A program made the translations under genes and the position numbers. The notes under the pieces are model-generated. The model made no database searches. It was not told the origin of the DNA and saw only the letters and a list, made by a program, of their open reading frames with translations. 64,000 nucleotides of DNA from Mobula hypostoma (taxonomy: Eukaryota), in contig NC_086109.1 in the NCBI RefSeq assembly GCF_963921235.1, positions 8,868,001 through 8,932,000 on the forward strand. Reading direction: 5' to 3'. Numbering within the stretch: the first letter of the stretch is position 1; each line of letters begins with the position of its first letter. This document shows, piece by piece, positions 12,014 to 24,223 of this stretch.

Positions 12014-12915
12014 AGGCAGATTTATACTTGTGCGTCAAATGTACGCTGTAGGTACCGCGTACCCTACACCATAGGGTAACGTGCACCTCCCCTGGGGCAG
12101 CAGACACCAACAGAATCAACAAACTCATTCGTAAGGCCAGTGATGTTGTGGGGATGGAACTGGACTCTCTGACGGTGGTGTCTGAAAAGAGGATGCTGTC
12201 TAAGTTGCATGCCATCTTGGACAATGTCTCCCATCCGCTACATAATGTACTGGGTGGGCACAGGAGTACATTCAGCCAGAGACTCATTCCACCGAGATGC
12301 AGCACAGAGCGTCATAGGAAGTCATTCCTGCCCGTGGCCATCAAACTTTACAACTCCGCCCTTGGAGGGTCAGACACCCTGAGCCAATAGGCTGGTCCTG
12401 GACTTACTTCCTGGCATAATTTACATATTAGTATTTAACTATTTATGGTTTTATTACTATTTAATTATTTATGGTGCAACTGTAGCAAAAACCAATTTCC
12501 CCCGGGATCAATAAAGTATGACTATGACTAAATGTAACTCACGCATCGCGGCGACGCAGACTGCAATAACTATGATTGGTCCGCTCGGTAGCATCGCATT
12601 TCCTCCTACGCATTTCCGGTTGCTTTTCTTCGCCATGTCTGTACACTGATGCGAAATAAACGGTTGGAGACGATGAACCAAATCATCAAATCTACCTGCC
12701 GACATTGGAAAATATTTGAAATGCATTTCCTCATCCCTGTCTCTCACGAAGAAACTCAACACAGTGGCATAGAAACCCCACTGCCGACTAGCGTTTTGGC
12801 GGTGAATTGCAGAGCGACGCAGACACAACCACGCAAGCTCGCTACGGCGTAGAGCTACGCAAGAGTATAAATCAGGCCTACGGTGTAGCCCGTACGCACA
12901 AGTATAAATCAGCCT
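12014..12915 (-). mobile_element. Internally deleted PIF/Harbinger-like DNA transposon
   Basis: TIRs AGGCAGATTTATACTTGTGCGT / ACGCACAAGTATAAATCAGCCT; TAA/TTA flanks; remnant peptide [27 protein letters not shown] resembles the Harbinger transposase YFRMS...FD.L motif. Confidence 0.75.
12090..12530 (+). mobile_element. Rex1/Babar-like LINE 3' fragment nested in a Harbinger element
   Basis: ILDNVSHPLH...RCSTERHRKSFLPVAIKLYN; AATAAA plus (TATGAC)n tail. Confidence 0.75.
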
Positions 12916-13455
12916 TTACATTTACAACAGTCATATATCCCAACTAGCAGAGACCACTTGACTGTTCAATACTGGTGAATGAGTATTCACCAGAAATATA
13001 TACTCCTTTTGTTGGTGAATACACAACGAAGCAGAACGCCAACAGACAAAACAGGTGTGTCCTGAACTGTCACTTAGTGCTGTAGTCAGGATACACATTG
13101 AACAATGTGCCAGTAGCATCTACTGTCTTCCTCTATGTAGTTTCAATGGGACAAGATCAGAATTGATTGGTTTCAATAACCACGAAGTATCAGTTGGAAA
13201 TTAAATTGTTACAAGTTTCATTTCCTGAAGACTGGTTCTCATTTTTGTTATCCATAATGTCGTAACTGCAGAATTATTCCTAACAATCCAAAGCATTGAC
13301 CACCCCTCCTCCTCCAGATGCTGCTCGACACGCAGCGTTCCTCCAGCGGCTTCACAAACGCACGGAGGTCTGCAGACGCTGGACACCCAAAGCAACGCAT
13401 ACAAAATGCCAGAGGAGCTCAGCAGGTCCAGGCAGCGTCGATGGAAAGGAGTAAA

Positions 13456-13493
13456 CAGTCAACGTTTCGGGTCGAAAACCTTCATCAGGACTG
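13456..13493 (-). ncRNA. Minimal hammerhead ribozyme motif with intact core in a Penelope-derived short repeat
   Basis: CAGTC-CTGATGA-AGGT-TTTCG-ACCC-GAAAC-GTT-GACTG. Confidence 0.65.
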
Positions 13494-14269
13494 CTGATGA
13501 CCCTCTGTTCATAGTTACCGTCCAGGAGGTCCAGAAGCCCAAAGAACACACTGAACAATTCAGGAAGAGCTTCTTCCCCTCTGCCATCGATTTCTGAAGG
13601 GACATGGAACCCATGAGCACAGCCTCACTACATTTTCCCCCTCTTTGTACTATTTAATTTAACTTTTAAATATATATATATATAAAGTTACTGTAATTTA
13701 CAGTAATTGCATTGCAATGTACTGCCACATAACAACAAGTTTCATGACATATGCCAGTGACAGATAATCTGATTCTCATGAAGGAGTGGTGATTGGGTCA
13801 GCTTGCCGGGAAGCTGCAGATCAACCTGCGAAGATTAAAGATTAGATTTATTTGTCACGTATACATTGAAACATACAGTGAAATGAGGCATTGGTGTCAA
13901 TAACCAACACAGTCCGATGCGCTGGGGGGGGGGCGGGGTGAGGCCTCCAAGTGTCACCATGCTTCCGACGCCAATATATCAGTCTCGTGGTAGCGCTGTG
14001 CCGCTTTATAGTACGGGTGATCTGGGTTCACTTCCCACTGCTGCCTGTGCAGAGATTGTACGTTCTTCCCGTGACCGCGTGGGTTTGCTCCGGTTTCCCC
14101 CCGCAGTCCAAAGACATGCCAGTTGCTAAGTTAATTGGTCATTGTAAACTGCCCCGTGATTAGTCTAGCGTTAAATCGAGGGGTTGCGGACCAGCACGGC
14201 TTGAAGGTCCGGAAAGGTCTATTCCGCACTGTATCTCAAAAAACGAATCAATAATGAAATAAATGTGTG

Positions 14270-14585
14270 GGCACGTGGCCAAGTGGTTAAGGCATTGGAC
14301 TAGCGACCTGAAGGTCGTGAGTTTGAGCCCCAGCCGAGGCAACGTGTTGTGTCCTTGAGCAAGGCACTTAATCACACATTGCTCTGCGACGGCACTGGTG
14401 CCAAGCCGTATGGGTCCTAGTGCCCGTCCCTTGGACAACATCGGTGGCGTGGAGAGGGGAGACCTGCAGCATGGGCAACTCCTGGTCTTCCATACAACCT
14501 TGCCCAGGCCTGCGCCCTGGAGAGTGAAGACTTTCCAGGCGCAGATCCACGGTCTCGCAAGACTAACGGATGCCTTTACTTTTAA
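14270..14585 (+). mobile_element. tRNA-derived SINE
   Basis: GGCACGTGGCCAAGTGGTTAAGG...GTGAGTTTGAGCCC head with A/B boxes; body differs from the 4818 copy. Confidence 0.7.
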
Positions 14586-15029
14586 TGAAATAAATAGATA
14601 TGCCCACAGTTTATTAACCATAACCTGTACATCTCTGGAATGTGGGAAGAAACCAGAGCACCCAGAGGAAACCCACGCGGTTGCACGGAGAACGTACAAG
14701 CTCCTTACAGATGGCAGTCGAAATCGAACACCAATCACCGGCGCTGTATATCGTCACGCTGACCGCTACGCTACGCTGCTGTACCACCTTGTAACCTGTA
14801 TAAACAGAAGCCATTAACTAGACGTGATCACCGAGGTGAGTTGTGTCTGGAGTGAGAATTTGACCTCATTTCAGGATCAGAGGTGAAGGTCAGTAAATTT
14901 AGGTTCCTCGGCATTATTAGAGGAGCTAGCACGTAAGTGCCATTACAAGGAAGTCACCGCAGTGCCTGTACTTTCTTAGTATTGTGGACAGATTTGCCGT
15001 GTCATCTAAAATTTTGACAAACTTCTATA

Positions 15030-15970
15030 CACGACCGTGGTGGGTCTCGTCAGTAAGAATGATGAGTCAGCATACAGAGAGGACGTGCAGCGGCTAATGG
15101 ACTGGTGCAGAGCCAACAACCTGTCTCTGAATGTGAACAAAACAAAAGAGATGGTTGTTGACGTCAGGAGGACACGGAGCGACCACTCTCCGCTGAACAT
15201 CGACGACTCCTCCGTAGAGATCGCTAAGAGCACCAAATTTCTTGGTGTTCACCTGGCAGAGAATCTCACCTGGTCCCTCAACACCAGCTCCATAGCAAAG
15301 AAAGCCCAGCAGCGTCTCTACTTTCTGCGAAGGCTGAGAAAAGTCCATCTCCCACCCCCCACCCTCACCACATTCTACAGAGGTTGTATTGAGAGCATCC
15401 TGAGCAGCTGCATCACAGCTTGGTTCGGAAATTGCACCGTCTCGGATCGCAAGACCCTGCAGCGGATAGTGAGGTCAGCTGAGATCATCGGGGTCTCTCT
15501 TCCCGCCATCACAGACATTTACACCACACACTGCATCCGCAAAGCAAACAGCATTATGAAAGACCCCACGCACCCCTCATATAAACTCTTCTCCCTCCTG
15601 CCATCTGGAAAAAGGCACCAAAGCATTCGGGCTCTCACGACCAGACTATGTAACAGTTTCTTCCCCCAAGCCATCAGACTCCACAATACCCAGAGCCCGG
15701 CTTGACACCAACCTACTGGCCTCTACTGTGCCTACTGTCTTGTTCATTATTTATTATTATTTATTGTAGTGCCTGCACTGTTTTGTGCACTTTGTGCAGT
15801 CCTGGATAGGTCTGTAGTCAAGTGTAGTCTTTGTGTTTTTTCTTACGTAGTTCAGTATAGTTTTTGTATTGTTTCCTATAGCACCATGGTCCTGGAAAAC
15901 ATTGTCTCATTTTTACTATGTTCTGTACCAGCAGTTATGGTTGAAATGACAATAAAAAGTGACTTGACTA
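15030..15970 (+). mobile_element. Rex1/Babar-like LINE 3' fragment
   Basis: [70 protein letters not shown] plus (GACTT)n tail. Confidence 0.85.
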
Positions 15971-16380
15971 GAGATTATCCAGACTGCTGCATCACAGCCT
16001 GGTATGGGAACGCCAATGCCCACGAACAGAAAAGCCTGCAAAAGGTAGTGGATATAGCCCAGTCCATCAATGGAAAAACACTCCCCGCCGTTGAGCACAT
16101 CTATATGGAGCACTGCCACCAAAAGCAGCAACCATCATCAAATACCCCCACCCTTCAGTCCACGCTCTCTTGTCAGTGCTCCATCGGGCGGGAGGTACAG
16201 GACCCTTAGGTCCTGCAGCACTAGGTTCAGAAATAGTTATTACCCTTCAACCGTCAGGCTCCTGAACCGGCGTGGATAACCTCACTCACATCAGCACCGA
16301 ACTGATCACTGAACACAACCTATGGACTCGCTATCAAGGATTCTGCACGCCTGTTCTCAGTGTTATTTATTTATTATTAT

Positions 16381-16770
16381 TGTACATTTATTTTTCTCAG
16401 CTCAAGCTGGTAAAATCTGAGGCACGGGCATAGCCAAGCACACTCATTTCTCAATTGCTAGGAACTTTTGGACTATTCTAGTGGTGTTGAGTATCATGGC
16501 TTTCTGGAGACTTACATAGCTATTGCTGAGTAGCCCTAATCGTTTAATGCTATTGTGTAGTACCTTTGGGATGACACCAGCTGTAGATATTACAATCGGG
16601 ACAATGTATACCCCGTTCATGTTCCATAGTCTTTCAATTTCCTCTTTTAATTCAGCATATTTATGGTGTTTCCCACTTACTGATTCTGTATGTTATGTGT
16701 GTTTGGAATGGCTATATCTGTTAAGTTCTTGTTTGTTTCTCCTGTAATATTATATCTGGCCAGTTATTAT
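16381..16770 (-). mobile_element. R4/Dong(Rex6)-like non-LTR retrotransposon 3' fragment (restriction-like endonuclease)
   Basis: Hand translation PDIIL...DIAIPNTHN...KYAELKEEIERLWNMNGVYIVPIVISTAGVIPK...LQKAMILNTTRIVQKFL*; TAA-repeat flank. Confidence 0.75.
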
Positions 16771-18009
16771 CATTAGTTTTTTTTTGTATTTGCATAGTTT
16801 GTCTTTTTTCACACAGGTTGCCTGTCAGTCTTTGTGAGTAGTTTTTCATTGATTCTATGATTTTTTTTTTGTTCTGCAGTGAACGCCTGCAAGAACACGA
16901 ATCTCAGGATAGTAGATGGTGACATACACGTGTGTACTTTGATGATAAATTTACTTTGAACTTTGAACTAATTACAGAAGAATTGAAGTTATCATTAGCA
17001 TTAAGAGTTAAAAGCCATGAATGACTGTTAGCTAACAGAGGCTCCGGCTATGTATGGCACTTTATTGTAGGTGATATCACTTCTTATCAAAGAATCCTAC
17101 ACCATATAGTGCCTTTGTAATTTCTTGTATTATATTATTTTCAATTCTTTGCATTTTATCAGGAATATTATTTTGCCTTATTAAGTTCTGGGCTGTGTCT
17201 CTCTGTGAGCTTACTGAGATAAACCCCACCCTGATGGACCCAGTGTTGAACACTGATAATCGTATCAGGGAGGCGAGTTATGCAGATGCCGGCGATCAGC
17301 GGCTGGAGAGCAGATAGCTCGTAATGGCATAAGATGCTGATAATGGAAATTGGCCAGAGCATGAACAGATACAGGGAGAAGGCAGGAGATTGGAGCTGAG
17401 AGGAAAATTGGATCAGCCATGACGAACTGGCAGAGTAGACTCGATGGGCCAGAGGGCTTAATTCTGCTCCTAAATCTTAGGGTCTTGTGGAAATCTGAAG
17501 TAAATAGGTTCATGGACCATTCAGAAATCTGATGGCAGAGGGGAAGAAGCAGTTCCTAAAATGTTGAGTGTGTGGCTTTATACTCCGGTAGCTCCTCCCT
17601 AGTAATGAGAAGATGGTTCGTGCTGTTGGTCATGTGTGTCCCTGATGTTGGGGTTAGCCGTACCTGTGATGACGCTGGCTGAGCCTACGGCCCTCTGCGG
17701 GCTTTTCCCATCCTGCTCAACGGCGCCTTCCAAACCAGGCAGTAAAGTGAATTCTTGCCGTCAGGGGCAAGAGCAGCTGCTTTGCCAAATGTTGATGCAT
17801 CCAGATCGGACACTTCTTTTGGAACACCTGCAAAAATCGGCAAGCCTCATGCCCCATGCTTCGTGGGCTGAGGAGTCCGAGTGGCTGGACCTGTTAACTC
17901 TAACCTCTCTGGATAACAGTTTATCCCCAGTTTTCGGTTTGGATTTCCTGTCTTCTGTTTTGCACCTCGTGCCCATTCGAGTGCACTGCTTATTGAGTAA
18001 TAAGTGAGT

Positions 18010-18640
18010 GCTGAGAGATCAGTAGTGCAAAGGGTGAGCAGTTTCAAGTTCCTGGGTGTCGACATCTCTGAAGATCTATCCTGGGCCCAACATATTGATG
18101 CAGCTATAAAGAAGGCACAACTGCGGCTAAAGTTCATTAGGAGTTTGAGGAGATTTGGCATGTCACCAAAGACTCTCACAAGTTTCTTACAGATGTACTG
18201 TGGAGAGCATTCTGACTGGTTGCATCACCGTCTGGTGCGGGGGGCGGGGAGGGGGGCACCGCACGGGATCGGAAGACATTGCAGAAAGTTGCAAACTCAG
18301 CCGGCTGGGTCACAGGCTCCAGCTTCCCCCCAGCAACAAGGGCATTTTCGAAAGGTGATGCCTCAAAAAGGCAGCATCTGTCACCCAGGACATGCCCTCT
18401 TCTCATTGCTACCACTGGGGAGGAGATACAGAAGCCGGAAGGCACACACTTACCTATTTTAGGAACAGCTACCATCAGATTTCTGAATGGACAATAAATC
18501 CATGAAGACTACTTTTATTGAACTGCCATATATATATATAATTTGTAACTCATAGTTTAATATCATGTATTCGAATGTACTGCTCCCGCAAAACATTTCA
18601 TGGTATACGCCAGTGATATTAAACCCAATTCTGATTAATT
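18010..18640 (+). mobile_element. Degenerate Rex1/Babar-like LINE fragment
   Basis: FKFLGVDISEDLSW..KKAQLRLKFIRSLRRFG, YRCTVESILTGCITVW with frameshifts. Confidence 0.75.
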
Positions 18641-18699
18641 TAATGCAAGTTAATTTTATTGACAGCTACGATAAAAGCTTGCTGCATTTGTGTTGGGAG

Positions 18700-19100
18700 G
18701 TGTGTGTGTGTGGGGGGGGGAATAGAGCGGAGGGTGACGAGGAGACGAGGAGCACCCACCATCCCAGCCCGGCACCCCGGCCGGCGTGGCGTCCCAGGAC
18801 GGGGAGGGGAGCCGCGCGGCGACACTCGGGAGCTAGTGCGCGTGCGCCGACCCGGCTGGGTCACCGTCAGGACACAAATCTGCCCGGCAACAGCGCTCGC
18901 ACCTGCGCAGTAGCAGGCGAAGTTTGCAAAGCGAGTGTCAATCACACTCTCAACGGGTTTGCACGATTAGAGAACGATGCCTTAATATTTGTATACCGGC
19001 CCCCTTGCAACTCAACCATTGCGCTGCGGCGTTGCTTAAGATTATACTGGAAAATTTGTGTTCACCGTGTTTTGCAGCGAAGACTTCAGCGTCGTGTGCA
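18700..19100. promoter_or_regulatory. Orphan CpG island, putative promoter/exon 1 of the cryptic minus-strand gene
   Basis: CpG-dense and not recognisably repeat-derived; minus-strand donor ATG|gtgggt at 18760; RFX X-box-like GTTGCCGGGCAGA at 18879-18891. Confidence 0.55.
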
Positions 19101-21569
19101 ACTCCTCAGCCCCTTATCTGGTGATCCCCTTTTCTTGATGAAATAGAGATAATTATGTTCATTTTTATTCATTGTTGCAAGCTAGAAATGATACTTAGTT
19201 CAAAGTTACATCGCGAGCTATTGTATGCATTGAAGATTTTGTAAGAAAAGTTATTGAACGCCTTTGTTAACACATATAAGCGCTATCACCGACCCAAACT
19301 TTTCCATAATCATAATTTCTAACTTCAAGCAGTGTCTTGCCCCGGAACCTGACGTTATTAAAGCAGGGTAAAGATGCCATCTGCTGTTCTGCTTTATAAC
19401 TACGCACGAACGTCATTCACTCAGTGCTCAATGGAAAATATTGAAGGGAAAGACTAACCAAGTCAGCCAAGATGAATATAACTTGTGATGCTGAAGAAAT
19501 GCAAAATATAAACGCGCTCAGGGGAATTTTAATTTAATATCTGCACAAGTTCCATGACAAACATTTTGCAACCTCCGGATATTTCATTAGGAGGTTGAGA
19601 TTTGATACTCACGAGTTTCTGCAGATGTACAGTACCCTGGAGAACATTCTGACTGGCTGCATCACCATCTGGTATGGTGGGGGAGAGAGACACTGCACAG
19701 GATGAAAGAAGCTGTAGTAAACTCAGTCAGCTCCATCATGGGCACCAGCCTCCCCAGGATCTGGGACATCGTCAAGGAGTGATGCCTCAAAAAGGCGGCA
19801 TCCATCATTCAGCACCCGTCACCCGGCACACGCCCTCTCCTCATGGAGGAGGTACAGGAACCTGAAGACACACACTCAACGATACAACATTGAATCCGTG
19901 GACACTAGCTCACCTTTTTTTCCCTGCTCTTTTTGTAATATTTATCTATTTTAACATAACTGTATATACTTAGTGTGATTCACGGGCTTTAAACCTGATT
20001 CCGATTCCTGCCTGACCCAATCTCCTTATATTGTCTTCAACTGTGTTCCCACCACTGTCTGCAAGGAGTTTGTACTTTCTCCCTGTGACCACGTGGGTTT
20101 CCTCTGGGTGCCCCGGCTTAGGACTGACTGGTTATTAGGCTAATCGTTCAATGCAAGTTGTCCCGTAATTAGGCCAGGGTTAAATCAGGTTTGCTGGGTG
20201 GTAAAGCTCAAAGAGTCTACTCTGTGCTGTATCTCCAATAAATAATGAGTATTGAAATCAAGATGTTCTGCTAAAGAACCTCCTCTGCTATTTTATCAGC
20301 TGAACATTTTTTTATCCTGTTCATACAGACCTTTTGTATGAAAGGGTGGACTCGACCTCACTCTACTTCGTTATGAACTTGAACTGTAACACACACAAAA
20401 CATCGCAGGAATTTCCGATGGAGCGTCGCGGCCCAAAACGTCGCCTGTTTATTCCTCTCCCTAGATGCCGCCTGACCTGCTGAGTTCCTCCAGTGTTTTG
20501 TACGCGTTACCCTAGTTTCCAGCATCTGCAGAATCTCGTGTTCATAATTTTGCACTTTATTGTTTACCTGCACTTCACTTTCTGTGTAGCTGCGACACTT
20601 CATTCTGCATTGGAGAGTATATTGACTGGCTGCATCACAGCCTGGTATGGAAACACCAATGCCCTTGAATGGAAAACCCTACAAAAAAAAAGTGGATAAA
20701 GCCCTCTGCACCATTGAGCACATCTACATGAAATGCTGCCGCAGGGAATCAGCATTCATCATCAGGATCACTCAGCACCCAGGTTCCAGAGCAGTTACCA
20801 CACCTCAGCCATCAAGCTCTTGAGCGAAAGGGGATAACTTCACTTGCCCCATCATTAAAATGTTCTCACAACTAACAGACTCACTTTTAAAGACTCTTCA
20901 TCTCATATTCTTGAAATTTATTGCTTGTTTATTTATTATTATTCTTACTTTCTTTTTGTATTTGCACAGTTTGTTGTCTTCTGCACTCTGGTTGAATGCC
21001 CAAGTTGGATGGTCTGTTATGGTTATTATTCTGTACATTTACTGAGTAAGCCCACAAGAAAACACATCTCAGGGTTATATATGGTGACATATATGTACTT
21101 AGATAATAAATTTACTTTGACCTTTAAAGTATTTTTAAACTTGGTCTACCCTTGACGTACTCTGTGATGATGTGACACATTGCGCCTGACTAAACTGGAG
21201 CCACACAGAATCTGTAACTGGGAAATACAAGTCATTGTTCACACAGCGAACCTCCAGGTGAGAGTCATAATATGTTGCTCAGTTAAACGGTTGTTTGTCT
21301 TTCTTTTTATACCTTAACTATTTCCATGAACCTTTGGCTATTTGGGGTGGCCGCTTAATTGGGCCAAAATGTACTAATCCCAATGTCTCCCAAGTAAGCA
21401 GAATTCAATTAATATGTTAACGTATATGGTGAATAAAGTTGGTTCTTGAGTTTCACGAGGATTAAGTCAATATAAAAACTTGTTAATTAATAACAAGACA
21501 AAAAGTATCTCCACATCAAGTAGAAATCCAGGCTAGTTGGCGAGATTAAAATCACTTCAAATCCAGATG

Positions 21570-21575
21570 TTTATT
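21570..21575 (-). terminator. Putative BYSL polyadenylation signal
   Basis: AATAAA on the minus strand ~40 nt after the stop codon. Confidence 0.55.
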
Positions 21576-21613
21576 CAGCCAAGAAAACAAAGCCAGCAGG
21601 AAGTGAAAACAAA

Positions 21614-21956
21614 TCAGTCCAAGGCCATTCCCACTTCCACGTCCCTCGACTTGGAGTTGACCAGTTCACGGCGGATCTCCGGAGAGATGCTTGGATGATG
21701 GTGAATCCTCAGCAGCTCCACTAAGGAGTCCTTCTGCTCAGAGGACAAGTCCTCCTTGTAGCGCTGGGCAAAGGTGAGCAGACACTGGTGCCACAGCACG
21801 GGCAGGGTCCTCTTATCCGTCTGGAACCGCAGGAAGTGGAAAACCAGCGCGTCAATCACCCGGAAAGGAAGGGCGTACTTCTTGTCAATCATCAATCGCA
21901 GGAAGATGCTGTTCGCTCCGTTGTATTCCATCTCCGCGATCTTCAGCATCGCAGCA
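21614..21956 (-). CDS. BYSL: Bystin coding exon 7 (terminal)
   Basis: [42 protein letters not shown]...[10 protein letters not shown]...[11 protein letters not shown] at 21614-21616; total CDS 1317 nt = 438 aa. Confidence 0.97.
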
Positions 21957-23494
21957 CTGTCAGGGCAAGAAAGATGATGAAGGTCAATAAACATCTGAAC
22001 AACGAATCAGAAAATGTATATGCCCGCATTACTGAGAGCATTAAGACCACCTCTATCACTGTCTAGTTTCCTGCCACCTCCTCTCTCTCCGTGTCCAGGT
22101 TGCAGTGAGTAGTTCACTTAGTGGAGAAGATCATTGGCTGTCAGCTACCAACATTAAAAGACCCGTTCATTGCCACAGTGAAGAAAAGAGCTGGAAAGAT
22201 TACTGCTGACTCCACCCTCCCGAGCAGTCACCTATTCACCAAATTACCATCAGGGAGCCGCTACCGGTCCATCACCAGCAGGACTACAAATCATCTCCAA
22301 AGCTTCTTTCCTGTAACGATACAGCTTCTCATCAAAACTCACTCAGGTATAATTCCCTCACTGTCCCTGCACAACATCCGTTACGTGGCCTTTCCTGCTC
22401 TTTGTTCTTTTGACAACTGAGTCTGTTCATATGTTCACATATATTTAAGTTTGATTATTGACATTTGAGAATCTGACTGTTCTGCTAATTGTTGATTGCT
22501 TATAGCTGCTTGCCCTATTGCCTTGTGAATTATTGGCTGCTGTTCTGTTGTCTGTTATGGAATTGTCTTGTTTTATGCTTGGCGCTGAACCACAATCAAT
22601 TCTGGTATAGTTCATATACTGCTAATAAAGTGACTCTGATGAGATCATATCAATGACTGAAATTAATACGATTGTCCATCAGACTAAACATTGTATTTTT
22701 AGTGTTATGCATATGTACACATTATGCATCATACATTTTTAGTATTATGCATATATTATTGCCTTTTTAGCTTTATTTAGTTGTTTCTCTTGGATGATTT
22801 CTAAAGACCCAAGCGTAAACCTAAGAACAAACGCAGAACAGTACATTACAGATCCTTCTACCCATGATCTTCTTTAATTCACCCCAAGATCAATCTAATG
22901 CCTCACTCATGGTTTTCGCCCATATCCCTGGACTTTGCTCACAGCGGCAACTGGAGACACAAAAGATGCTACAGATGCTGGAAATCTTGAGCAACACACA
23001 CACACACACACACACAAAATGCTGGAGGAATCTTGTTGCATCATGATGAAGGGTCTTGTCCTGAAATGTCAACAGTTTATTCCCTCTCCCCCGCCCCCGA
23101 CACCACCCGACTCGCAGAGATCCTCCAGCATTTTGTGTGTTGTCCTCAGTGGCAACCTTGCTCAATCCTCATTCACCTCGAGGTGGCAGCAATGAGCCCT
23201 TTTGGAACTGAACATTATAACGTTCCCAGCCAGATATGATCTGGCCCCTGGCATGGACTCAATCAAAATCATGGAGCATAACAGGCCCTTCAGCCCCACA
23301 AGCCCATGCTGACCATGGTGCCAACCCAATTAGTCCCAATTTCCCCTGTTCAACCCATATCCCAATAAGCCCTACCCCTCCTTGTACCTATCCAAGTGCT
23401 GTTAGCGCCACCTATCAGTCCTTTTCACATTTGCCATTCCTGTAACTTTGAGTGGAAGACCCGATTTAGATTTTTAAGATTATGAGAAGCATAT

Positions 23495-24223
23495 GCAATG
23501 GATACCAGTTAATAGGGCCATCAGTTAATCTTAAAGAACAAACACTAATTGAGAAAATTGCCAGGATTCTCTCTGTTTAGTTGGGACACTATGACACTTA
23601 ACTGGGGCAGATTGTTGCCGAATAGGTTCCAACTAACGTCAATGACATGCACTTGAGTTGCCGTTAAACCTATACTGTGCTTTGTGCAGTTTTTAAATAG
23701 CATCAGTCGCACATGCTTCTGTTCAAAAAGCAGTGATTTTTGTCACTGAAAGTTGGCGAGAAATAAGCAGTAAGACAATTCCGAACTGTTTTCCTCTCTA
23801 CGCTTTCAAGCATCCAGGCTTGGAGATGCCAGAAATGGTAGGGCATGAAAATTAAACCATTTCACTATTTCAATAAGTTAGGAACTACAAAGAAGTTGAA
23901 GGTATCAACAATCATCTTGAATGAGACAATGAAAATGAAGATTTGGAGAATGCAACTGTTGCTAACATTGTAGGAGGGCAGTCCATTACCTGCACTAGGT
24001 GTCCACACTGATTTTGTTCATTGTGTACACTGGGTGAATTCCTCCGTCAATAACTGTTAGGAACTAGTACAGTGTTATAGTACTGTAGTACTATTGGTAG
24101 TGTTCCAACTTGTTCTGTATTTCAATTAAATACATAATTTGTTACCCATTTTTTTTTATACCCTTTTAACTATAGCTAACAAGAAGCTGCCTAATTGGGC
24201 CAAAATTAACTGGATCCACTGTA
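23495..24223. mobile_element. Non-autonomous Tc1/mariner-pogo-like DNA element
   Basis: Reverse-complement similarity to 60531-61498; ends GGATCCACTG|TA. Confidence 0.6.

Larger units (their letters stand above)
3238..18920 (-). pseudogene. Cryptic multi-exon gene of unknown identity, probably pseudogenised
   Basis: Candidate exons ~18920-18760, 17827-17759, 11534-11477, 10873-10825 plus 10361, 7528-7457, 3580-3238; the five downstream exons are phase-compatible with pyrimidine-rich acceptors; minus-strand AATAAA at 3148-3153; several apparent lesions. Confidence 0.55.

Noticed and set aside
13205..13270. Possible extra exon of the cryptic gene (acceptor ctgcag)
   Set aside because: Poor pyrimidine tract, and no open frame fits the phases of neighbouring exons
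18565..19146. 193-aa plus-strand ORF
   Set aside because: Starts in a repeat tail and crosses a GC-rich island; no recognisable domain; splice signals favour the minus strand
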